Made by a program: the position numbers and the translations under genes. A stretch of DNA of 64,000 nucleotides, taken from positions 1 through 64,000 of the forward strand of contig NW_027192205.1 in NCBI RefSeq assembly GCF_041956535.1, given 5' to 3'. The stretch's first letter is position 1. Each line of letters starts with the position of its first letter. Source of the DNA: Calcarisporiella thermophila CBS 279.70. Its lineage: Eukaryota; Fungi; Calcarisporiellomycota. Below are positions 1-11,294 of the stretch, one piece after another. The notes under the pieces are model-generated. The model ran no database searches, was not told the origin of the DNA, and worked only from the letters and a program-made list of their open reading frames with translations.

Positions 1-875
1 CCCCCCCCCCCCCCTTGACGCGTTCAGGTGTGAAAAGTGTCCCCCTCGTACTTTGCGCAAATTCGCTCAACTCCACCAAGCCTCCCCTCGTCACAATCCA
101 AGCCGCCCTACATAATCTAATACTCCACTCCCCTAGTTTAATCTAGTAATTCCGCATTTTATTATCAATAAATAATTTTAATACTCCTATCATTTGGATG
201 CAATAATGTGGAACTTTTTTCGTATTAATTATTACATTTTTTAATGTGTTTAGAAAATAATCTTTTTTTCTTTTTTTGTGCTTTTCCTTTACAAATATTC
301 AATATTTAATATACAGTATTACTTTATGCGCGATATATATGATATATATCATACTTCTCTCATTAAGCGCAGAGTTATAAATAAATCTCACTTTATTTCT
401 AGTATCTCTCAAATTATAAAATATTTAAATTTCTTATGATATTCCGAGATATATTTTACATTAATTCCAATCATTCTTTTATCCCCTGTTTATTCCATTT
501 TATTTTATTTTGTGTTTTATTTATTTTTAATAATCAATTGATCGAAGTTAATTAAAATGTGTCCTTTTAAATATAATAAGTTTTTATGGATATAATTACA
601 GTTTTTATTATATAAATATTCTCCCCAATATCCGACTAAATATTTGCGTTGGCAGTCTATTTTGTTTAAGCCGTCACTCTAGCCAAATTTATATATTTAT
701 AGAAGTTATTGCAATAGAAGTTTTGGTTATATATAGTATTATCAATATCCCCACAAATTTCAAAACCAGAATAACTTATATAATATATAATAACATAATA
801 ATTATATCCATCAATACATAGATAGTTCAATTTGTATTAATGTATATTTCAATGATTTCTTTGTGAAGACACTTT

Positions 876-1928
876 TCAATTACAAAATGTAAGTGTTGAT
901 ACGAGCCCTTTATGATTTTGTTTCTGCCAATTCCAAGCCGAACTACACATGTCATTGAGATCATGGATTGGTTTCCAATTTAACTCAGAGTAAGCCTTCG
1001 TTGGGTCCGCAATCATTTTGGAGGCATCCCCAGGCCTACGATCTATTCCTTTCCACTCTATTCTTTTTCCGCTTACTTTATCAACGCAGGCGATAACTTC
1101 AAGCACAGAATAGCCTCTTCCATTGCCCATATTGTATACTACGCATCCTGTCTTTTCAACACGAAGTTTTTCCAAAGCAGCAAGATGTCCCAATGCTAGA
1201 TCAACTACGTGAATATAATCTCTCACTGCAGTCCCATCCTTGGTAGGATAATCTGTCCCAAATACATTAAGCTGCTTAGACTTCACCAGGGATTGAGTAA
1301 TACATGGCAGTAGATTATTGGGGGGACCTAGAGGATTTTCTCCGATTATACCTGAAGGGTGAGCTCCGATTGGATTAAAATATCGAAGTATAATGGCATT
1401 CATGGTTGGATCGCTTTGACAGATATCGTCAATGATAAGCTCTACCATCAACTTCGTTCTACCATAAGGGCTAATCGGATGTAAAAAATGATTCTCTGAA
1501 ATCTCTTCTTCATCGAGATTTCCGTAAACAGTTGCAGAGGACGAGAATACTAAATTTCGGCAACCCTCTCGCCTCATTGCCAGAAGCAAATTACATGAGC
1601 CGACAACGTTGTTTTCGTAATATCTCAATGGTTCATCAAATGACTCATTGACAGCTTTGAGGCCAGCAAAGTGGATGACAGCCCATATATTGAACTTTTC
1701 GAAGAGGTTGTAAAGTGCCTTCTTATCTAACAGAGAAATTTGACGGAATAGGGGACGCTTTCCTGTTATTTGGGCAACCCTGTTCATTGACTCGATACAA
1801 GAGTTTTTTAAATCGTCGATTACGATAACTTGATAATTTTTAGAAAGTAGTTCGATAACGGTTTGTGAACCAATATATCCAGCTCCTCCCGTGACCAGAA
1901 CATAAGAAAGTTTGGCGTGTGTAGGCAT
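876..1928 (-). CDS. galE: UDP-glucose 4-epimerase (GalE family, stand-alone, intronless)
   Basis: 350 aa single ORF. Contains the VTGGAGYIGS Rossmann motif, HFAGLKAV, SSSATVYG, the YGRTK catalytic YxxxK, LRYFNP, RDYIHVVDLA and RRPGD. No mutarotase fusion. Confidence 0.95.
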   Translation of the reverse strand: MPTHAKLSYVLVTGGAGYIGSQTVIELLSKNYQVIVIDDLKNSCIESMNRVAQITGKRPLFRQISLLDKKALYNLFEKFNIWAVIHFAGLKAVNESFDEPLRYYENNVVGSCNLLLAMRREGCRNLVFSSSATVYGNLDEEEISENHFLHPISPYGRTKLMVELIIDDICQSDPTMNAIILRYFNPIGAHPSGIIGENPLGPPNNLLPCITQSLVKSKQLNVFGTDYPTKDGTAVRDYIHVVDLALGHLAALEKLRVEKTGCVVYNMGNGRGYSVLEVIACVDKVSGKRIEWKGIDRRPGDASKMIADPTKAYSELNWKPIHDLNDMCSSAWNWQKQNHKGLVSTLTFCN

Positions 1929-2464
1929 AGTGAAGATTTCAAAAGTTTGTAAAATTCATGCGGGTGAAAAAGTTGGAAAGTCAGAAAAATCACACCTATA
2001 TATAGTTGTCGTAGCATTATGGCATTGTTCATATACCAGTGAGCTGGGTTGTTTTGAAATCGAATCAAAAAATGAGGTAGTGCAAGCCACATTTGCCACT
2101 AAAAGGAGAAACAAAAACGATGTGAATTGGACTCGAAAATTATACATAATACCAATAGCCTCTATTTAATAGGTGGAAATAATATAATTAAAAAAATTTA
2201 ACATCTACATTATTCTTGACACATATGAACGAAAGGATCGGCGCATAATTAATAAATTATTTTGCACACATGTGATTTTGTTAGCATAACGCCATTATTT
2301 TGAGCATATGCAAGTCACAATAAAATTGGAGAAACTGAGACATCTTGGCGTTGAAATTTAGAGTTGCATTTACTAGGCTTGAGAAATTACCTTAATATTT
2401 AATCTTATTTCCTCTGTTCGTTTATCAATAATCTTTTTGTACTTATTTATTTATTTTTTGAAAA

Positions 2465-4225
2465 ATGGATTTTATGTTGAATTCACATTCATATTTCATG
2501 GCTTTTGCTTTGATTGTCCTTTCTGTTAGTGGTTTTTATGCAGGAATGGTGTACCCCCTTGGAAATTATGTATTTCGGTTACGTTTTTTTCAGCATGGCT
2601 ACTCCCATAAATCGTCTGCTTTCACAATTATCTTTTCCATTATTATCGGATGTGGAATTCCGCTTATAGTCACCGGTATAATTTCATTTCTGTCTAGGAG
2701 AAGGGATATGGCCCCATTATCGTTTCTTGTCTCTGTGTGGAATCTCTGTGATTACTGGAGAGCGAATAGTAATTTTCAAGTAGACCCTATCCTCTATTAT
2801 TACATCTACGCCAGCTTGTCATTCGGTATTGTTCTTAACTCAATATTTGGAATATTAGCAAGGTGGGATCCCTTGCCGCAACCTGAGACTGAAAAGGCCT
2901 CTGACCGCCATGCCTTTATCATAGTTGCTCACAACAGCACTAATAAATTAGATAACACAATAAAAGCGCTGCTCAAGCATGTCCGGCCTTATCAAGTTTT
3001 TGTGGCAGACAACGGTTCTTCGCATGAAGAAGTGGCAATGACAGATGCCATTTGTGCAAAACTCTCTGATGAGTACTATGGTGGGGATACCATGGACTAT
3101 TCGGGTGACATCAATGTATCTCATATTTCTTACGGCAATAAAAGTATTGCACAGTACGCCGCTGTTTATTATTTATATCAACAGTGGATGCTTGGGACTT
3201 CAAAAATCGATATTATTACTACCATTGATGATGATGTAATCATTCCTGAGTACTGGCCATCAAAATCGATAGAGAAACAATTCGAGGATCCGTCAAAGGT
3301 CGCCCTGGCATATCCACTAACTGCAGAGAATAATAATATCACTCTGATGGCTAAGCTCCAAGATTGTGAATACCTTAGCGGAAACGTTGGTAGATATACT
3401 TATGATATATTTGGAACACAACTTTTTGCATCGGGCGCAATCTCAACTTGGCAATTGACAGCATTAATGGCCGTGATGGAACGCCATTGTACCATCTTCA
3501 ATGGTGAAGATTTGGAAATGGGACACATAGTCCATAAATTATCCGGGAGAAAAGGAAAAAAGCTGGGCGTAGATATGGCCACAAGGATCGGTTACGTTAG
3601 GGATTGCGTGGTACCCACTATCGTCCCTTATTGCTTCATTCATTGGTATGATGTTTTGCCAAATCCTCTAAAACGAAAGCTTAATCCGACCCCTTGCCGT
3701 TGTCAGGAGCATTCTTTTTTGAATCAGCGTCTTCGTTCGTGGGATCCAGCTGGCCACATGTTTATTTACAAATGGGTGAAGGTGATTTTTGCATCGGGTG
3801 GTTTTGGGTACAAACCTAAATGGTTTGTTAGATTGGTATGCCTATGGAAAGTTATCTCCACTCTAAGAGAATACTCTCAGATTGTTGGGATATTAGTATC
3901 TTTTCTACGAATAAGATCGGTGGAATCATTGAAGAGTCTACTCGTCTTTTATGTGGACTCTATTGTGGTCGGTTGGGCAGCTGAGGTGTTTTATTTAGCA
4001 TTTCAATCCCAAAGTCTAAGTCGCATTGGGCTTGCGATGCGTCCCGATGTTCTATTCTGTTTTCCCTTATTTTACGATATTCCTTATTACTTATTTATTC
4101 GATTTATTACAGCAATTTATTCACTGATATATTATATAATAGTTGTAAGATTTCCAGATGATATTCGTACACAGCTTACCAATGACGCTGAAAAGAGGCG
4201 AACCCTCCACAGCATTTGGTTTTAA
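2465..4225 (+). CDS. Membrane-bound GT2 glycosyltransferase (processive-type motifs), intronless
   Basis: 586 aa ORF with hydrophobic segments at both ends. Catalytic core shows VADNGS, IDDDV (DxD), QDCEY, SGAISTW, GED and QRLRSW (QxxRW-like). Confidence 0.88.
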   Translation: MDFMLNSHSYFMAFALIVLSVSGFYAGMVYPLGNYVFRLRFFQHGYSHKSSAFTIIFSIIIGCGIPLIVTGIISFLSRRRDMAPLSFLVSVWNLCDYWRANSNFQVDPILYYYIYASLSFGIVLNSIFGILARWDPLPQPETEKASDRHAFIIVAHNSTNKLDNTIKALLKHVRPYQVFVADNGSSHEEVAMTDAICAKLSDEYYGGDTMDYSGDINVSHISYGNKSIAQYAAVYYLYQQWMLGTSKIDIITTIDDDVIIPEYWPSKSIEKQFEDPSKVALAYPLTAENNNITLMAKLQDCEYLSGNVGRYTYDIFGTQLFASGAISTWQLTALMAVMERHCTIFNGEDLEMGHIVHKLSGRKGKKLGVDMATRIGYVRDCVVPTIVPYCFIHWYDVLPNPLKRKLNPTPCRCQEHSFLNQRLRSWDPAGHMFIYKWVKVIFASGGFGYKPKWFVRLVCLWKVISTLREYSQIVGILVSFLRIRSVESLKSLLVFYVDSIVVGWAAEVFYLAFQSQSLSRIGLAMRPDVLFCFPLFYDIPYYLFIRFITAIYSLIYYIIVVRFPDDIRTQLTNDAEKRRTLHSIWF

Positions 4226-4349
4226 ATCTATTTGTATTTTTTTATGTATGTAATTTTGCTTAAACATTGAGTATAACAGGGAATTATTCTCCGGGTTTTT
4301 ATCAACAGCTTCATAATATAATATGCTATCAATAAAATGTTTCTAATAC

Positions 4350-7300
4350 TCAGCGTCTTGGTTTTCTCATGACCCAAACGAAGAATGTGAATATCAACAC
4401 GTTGAATACCCAATATGCCCATAAAATGCCGAAATCCCGCCATTGATTATCTGCGGACCACTCAAACTGAGCGTAATATTGAGCACCATTACTACAGGTA
4501 AGAAGGTAAACATGAAGTTGTTAATTTATAAACTGGGAATAATCTAAATGCAAAGAATTGTTAATTAAAACAGACCTGTACTGACAATATTTACACAAAT
4601 CCATTGCATTATTATCTTTCAAATAACCAGTTGTTTGATTTAGCCATGCGCCAGCATATTGAATACAAGTTTGGCCAGGGGGTGGTGTAAACGTGAAAAA
4701 GTCTTCTTCAACGCAATCAATTTTTACAGGCTCAAGGATTGCTGTAACTGCTCCCTCAAGGAAGTAGTGGAAGGGGTCAAGTGGATACATCCAGGCCTAT
4801 TGAGAAATATATATTCGTATCAATTTTACTTTAAGAAAAGGATATAAATGAATTACAACTTACCCTCCAAAAATACACTAGGACCGCGGGAGGAGTGAGA
4901 AATCCGGCAAACAGGTAAAGGAAAAAGTTCACAAATGGAGTGACAATATTGATCTGATTTAATGTCTGGCACATTGATCTGTCGCGATTAATAAGATATT
5001 TCACAGTGTTAAAACGATTAATATTTAATACAACCCAAGTTGCCTAGAGAGATTACTTACGCAACTGCCATTCCGCATGTAAGTGATACAAGTAGAAGCA
5101 CCACTAGTATCAAATAGGAATAAATCCCATTAACTGCAGTGCTGTCTACGCCTGCTGACCACCACAAAGGTAATATCGCTGCTGCTGCGGCAACCAACAA
5201 GTACGGTATTTCCACAAGAACAAAAGCGACTGCGAATGGTAAAAATCCATAATATTTTGACGCGTAATCTCGATGGAAATACTGTCGTTGCATCAAAAAC
5301 TGAGGTTGAACTGCGAATACAAGTGTAACTCCTGAAAATTTGACATGTAAATTTGATGAGATATTTTCCTCTATTATTGCTGATAAATAATGCAACCATT
5401 TCCTACCTATTATCAAGTTCTGGAAAGCAACAAATGAATACATTTGCAGGTCGCTCGTAGTTGGCCGTAGTTTCCAAAAAGTAAATCCATTAAGAAGTCC
5501 AATGAAACACGTCTGGCCAATGCGACCAATGCTATAAAAATGAGGGAAATGTTATCATTACGATACCAATACTAATAGGAAAAATATAAACTAACTTGTA
5601 ATATGGATCTCTCCACCAGCAAAGATTCATCCGTTTATAGACCTCCCAGATTTGAACCCAAGTGCTAGTAGCAAATTCTCGGATCTCCGAAGCTAATTGT
5701 TATAATACAGGTAAATTTAAATGATTCAAAATTAGTTCTACTTAGTAGCTACGATATCCCAATACGAAAAACGTGTTACCATTTGAAACAGTTTGTGGGC
5801 TAATCGTGAGTTGGCCCATTTCTTCTAACACAGCAGAGCGTTCAGGGGAATTTTTCCACACTTCAGTCCAGTCTTGTGAGACTTTTCCAGATGCACCAGC
5901 GCCTATCACTTCGAGAATATACTCAGCAGAATTTTCATGCTGATCACAGATACGTCCTCCATTACGCTCGAAATAGTCGAGCATTATACGCGAGTTAACC
6001 CCAATATCGCCAAAATAAGCAGTTTTGCCGCCGCGAGCAAGAAGAAGAAGACGATCAAAGTGCTCAAAAAGAATAGAAGATGGTTGATGAATGGTGCAGA
6101 TGATCGCCATTCCCGCGTCCGCGAGCTTGCGGATAAATTTGATGATATTATAGGACGATTGTGCATCAAGGCCAGAGGTTGGCTCGTCCAAGAATAAGAT
6201 GGTTGGCTTGGACACGAGCTCCATACCTATGGTGAGGCGCTTGCGTTCTTCAACAGATATGCCCACACCAGTTTCTAGACTTCCAATTAACGCATCTCCC
6301 AGATGTTCCATCTCCATCATCTTTAATATGTTTTCTACGTATTCATATTTTTCTGCCAAGGGAATATTTGCATCCTGTCGCATCTTGGCCGAAAACCGAA
6401 GGGCTTCTCTAACAGTAAGCTAAAATCAAAGTTAGTGAGTCAGTAATAATATTGATTACTAATTCTAATATGAATTCTTACTGCAGGGTTGTGAACATCC
6501 GACTGTTCAACATAACCAGTAATGCGCTCAAAGTCAATGCCAGGTACATTGCCGTTCAGCAAAATATCACCCTGTATTATCCCAATGGTCTTTCGTTTAG
6601 CCAACACATCCAATAATGTCGTTTTTCCAGCTCCAGATGATCCCATTAGTGCAGTCATTTCTCCAGGTTTAATCCAACCCTCAACATCATCAAGTAATTT
6701 AAGAGTTCCCTTGTTTACAGGCACTGTGTAATTAATATTTCTCCACTTGAAAATCCCAGCCACCTTCGAAAAGTTATTGCTAATGGCATTGTATGCTTCC
6801 TGGCTCGCTTGTAAGCGCTTAAGCTCTTGCTCCCCGTTAAGGGTAGGCGCCTTCCCCTTTTTATATACTTTTCGTACGAAACCACCATGTATCCATTGAA
6901 TCTTTTCCATTGCGATACAATTTAGCACGACGAATAGTAGCCAAAAGAGTAAAACCGCTATTATGTCGATGTTCATCTGGGAAGTCTTATAACCGTAAGC
7001 CGCATCAAGGAAGTCGTCTCCAGTGACAAAAAATTCTCCACCCTATAATTCGAAATATATGTGAGATTATTGCGATAAATATTAAGCTTCTTATATTCCA
7101 ATAAATATAGATTCTACGTTTACCTTTGAACCTGCTAGTGTGCAGACTTGATGGGTTTTATCATTGTATCCAGGACCACTCGGAGCTAATCCTTTAATTG
7201 AATCGCATTGAAATATCAGACCTCGCATTTCATTCGTTAACAATGCTTTAAAAGCATAAGCAAATGGATTAATCCAGAATATCCAAATAAACTAAAGCAT

Positions 7301-9881
7301 TAAGTTAGTAGAAAGAGAAATTAGTGTCAATTAGCCAAAAAAATAATATATTAACAAATCTGTAGTGTTTGATTTTTACTCACCCAAGGATGAAGTTTGT
7401 TATATGGAGCTGAAAATCCACTATAAGCAATAATGGTAACCAACAATATACCAAAGAGCTGCTGCGAGACATAGATAGATGGGCTTATGTTTCCAAGAAA
7501 CCTAATTAGGATAGAGTAAATTTAATAATTCAGCCAATCAAAGTTACTAAAGTATTTACCTGAATATTTCCGTCATAGCGAGAGTTGATAAGAAGTTGAT
7601 GAATAGAAAGATGAAAAACTTTCCTGCATCGAGATCCAAGCCGTACATGAAATATAATATGATGGTTGCTAGAATAGTTTGAAGCAAAACAATAGGTATA
7701 TCGGTAATAACTGTGCAGATGATATGGGAATAAGTTTACTAATAACATTTAATACATATTTTGACAACTAAATACCTCTGGCAACGTGAAATGCAGAAGG
7801 GTGGTACATTGCATAAGACTTATGTTTTTGAAGTGTCATGCGACCAAAGATGACATTGGGCAATTCCGCTTGTGCAAGCTAATGTGTATAAAAATCAGCA
7901 AATTGTTTTTCATAACTTGTAGTTTCAATAGATTAGGTTACTTACAAAACTGTTGAAAATCAGAGATCCAAGGATAGCGCCTCCTCTTTGAAAAACACCT
8001 GTGCTATCCAAGGCCATCTTGTAGAATACAGAGCCATATATACAGGAAATTGCTAATACATTTAAATAACGTTGATATAGAGCAGTCTTGTCACCCCAGA
8101 TAAGTTGGAATTGTCGAATTGTTAATGCAATGCATTGCTCGTAGAAGTTAGCTGAATAAACGCTATTACTCGGAACTCCTTTCTGTTTGATATCCTTGAC
8201 ATATTGCTTAAATTCAGTTGCAGGTTGCTACAATTTTCAAAGTAAATAACAATTATCCATACAATGGTTATGAAACTATCAAACAAGTCACCTCATTCTC
8301 AATCTTTTTCTCATAATTGGCAATATCATTAAGCATGACCTGATAGTCCATTGAGCTTAAAAAGTACGACTCAAATTCTTCAGGCGTATTGGGTGTCTTT
8401 CCTTCAAATCCTTCGCGGACAACACGCTCGTTTGGATTCGTAATACCAGTCAAGAAATCAGGAGTGCCTAAAAATTCATATAGAATTTAATACTACTATG
8501 ACCATGCGAATATTTCCAACAAAAATATTTACTTTTCCTTGGCTCACATTTGAATCCCATTTCTTCAAAATATGCTTTGGCCCGAGAACGAGGCCCAAAA
8601 AAAATGCATCGTCCAAGATATAGAATTAATACCTTATCAAAAAGCTCGTAAATGCTGTCAGATGCCTGATAGATTGTGGCGATAGTAGTTTTGTTGAGAG
8701 TATCACATTGAATGCGCAAAGATTTGACATAATCTAGAGCACTGGCAGAATCCAAACCCCTAGTTGGGCAATCCCATGTAGTAATTGCGCTGCGTGCAAC
8801 CATGGCTTCAGAAATGGTTAAGCGCTTGCCTAATATCCAATACAAATCAGATTGTTTTGATAATAAGTTTTAGGGTTAAAACTTACGTTCACCACCAGAA
8901 AGTCCGCGAATAAACTCATTGCCTACAATCTTTTTTCAAGTATATCGTAAGTTAGCATTGATTTGCAGTGACTTTGAAACTTGTCAAGAGATATATCATA
9001 AAATACTTACAGTGTTGGCCTGCCGGCTAAGTCCAAACATTCGTAACAAGGTGTCCTTAAACTCGTTGCGAAATAATTTTCTGCTAACCCCTGGCAATCT
9101 TTTCTCTGGAGTTTTCATTCTCAAAGCAAAATCGAGAGTTTGGTTGACCGTCAATACAGGATAATGAGAATCCTCCTCCATACAATAAATGGCTTCGCCC
9201 AGATAATCGCCGAAATCCTCTGACGGGATACCTCCATAGTGTATATCACCCTTTACATCTAAGAAATCTTTCCTAATATTTGCAATGGCACGCAAAAAAC
9301 TGGTACAACCTGCCCCTGGTCGACCTAGCACCAAAAGCATCTCTCCATCGGGACAATAACCTGTGACATTGTGCAAGATATCAAAAACCGTTCCATTATT
9401 AGCTTTAAACCTATTAAACAGATTTATAATTAGGTTTATATAAGATGGTTTTAGATTTTTATGCTTATGCTCACCAATTGAAAGGGTTGAAAAGCTTTAC
9501 AAGCTCAACGAAGGGCGTTAAATTGGTCAAAATATTGGAAGCGTCAGCTCCTCGGCCAACCACTGTTAAGTTCCTGAAAACAACTCCCATCTTCTGACGC
9601 CGTATTCCATGTTCATCAGAAGCGCGGACACCAGATTCAAAATAATCTCTCAAATCAAACTCGTTTGTTTTATCTCCTTTCTCGATATCGCCATTGAAAA
9701 ATTTTGGATCTCGATCTCGATCTTGGCTAGTTAATTCATGTGTGATGCGGCGTTCAAGCTCATAAAACATCTCCACATTGTTTTCTACATTTATCTCTTC
9801 TTCCGATTCAACAATAGTGGCAGTGGAGCTATCCGACATTTTTCCGAGTTCTTTCGCATCTTCGTTCCAATGTTTACTCAT
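4350..9881 (-). CDS. Full-size ABCG/PDR transporter, about 15 GT-AG introns
   Basis: NBD1 has [17 protein letters not shown] and [13 protein letters not shown]2 has [17 protein letters not shown] and [13 protein letters not shown] extracellular Cys loops present. Spliced model runs from ATG 9881 (MSKHWNE) to ...MRKPRR* at 4350. Confidence 0.93.
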
Positions 9882-11294
9882 ATCAATAATATACAAGAAT
9901 ATAATTTAACAGAAAGATTTTTTAATGATTTATGTTTCGTGTGATATATAGAATCTTGCTTAAAGTTAAGTGAGCGAATCTATCTAATGGATTTCTAGAT
10001 CTCGAGTTTTCGAGTCGATATAAAAAGCTCCAAATATTAAAGAATTTATATTTAGAGAGGATTGACGTTAATAATTTATATGTTTATGTTAGAAGTGGAT
10101 TATTCATCTTTGACGATGTGTGTTTTCACAAAATTGCACAACAAATTTCTAGTTTGATTTTGGCATTTACACGTCATTCTTTAACCTCTTTTGACTTTCA
10201 CGCTTTTAGTAAAAATTTCACGGCATTTGAAAGTCAATTTAGAACTAAGCCTAGCACATTCACCGGATTATTTTGAATTAATAAGCTCTTGTCAAACCCT
10301 GTCATTGCTCTATTTTCTCAGATTTGGATATCATGGAAAAATATTTTACTACCTGAGGGAAATATAGTTTCCCGGATTTTGATACTTTACAAATAAATAA
10401 CTTGGATTCGCCTTTAGTTGGATAACGCGATAATTTAACAAATTTGTTACTTTACCAACACGTGCGATGACGAAATCATTAAGTAAAAAATTAGTAATTG
10501 ATTACTACACATCAGAGGATCAAAGTGTAGTCACAAATTTTAGAGTTGTTGATTTTACTATCTTAAACTGCCCTAAGAAAATGAATGAAAATAAACACTG
10601 ACATAACTCCAGAGTAGCCAGAATTTTTAAAACGAAACGAGTGCTGCTCTTGCCATATGGTAATTTAGTCAAATATCGTAGGCAGTCTTACTATACCCAC
10701 CCTGCAAAATAAATACATCATATGTATATATCCGGGACGAAAAAATGGATACCTTTCTGGAATGAATGAATGGGTATTAAGCTTTGATTATTAGGAATAC
10801 ATTACCGCCATAAAATTGTCACCATATATGAGTGATATTTAACACTTATATCTCAGTAGTTTATTCATTTTTTAAAGAAATTAATTATACTTTACTATAG
10901 GTATGTTTTTATTATAAAGCATTAATTCAATCACGAAGGTATATTTAATACTGTAGTATGCTTAAATGAAAGGCCTGTATTATAGCCAACTGGGAATAAG
11001 GGTAATCGTTAGACAAGATTGCTACGTTATTGAGTTGTATGTGATTCACCACTATGTAAATCTCACTTTCGTAATAAATAAAATACACATGATCCCAAGG
11101 ATGGAAAATGCTTCTATATCGAATAAGTTAATGTAGTTATTCATCAATGCTTTCAGATATTTGAAAATGGTAGTAATAATGTTCTGAATAAAATTATTAT
11201 AATTCAAAAAATCTTTACTTTTACAGATAATCGCATTAACACCAATATATCAAAAAACAATTAGAAAAGATAGACATAGTTGACTTAATGTATT

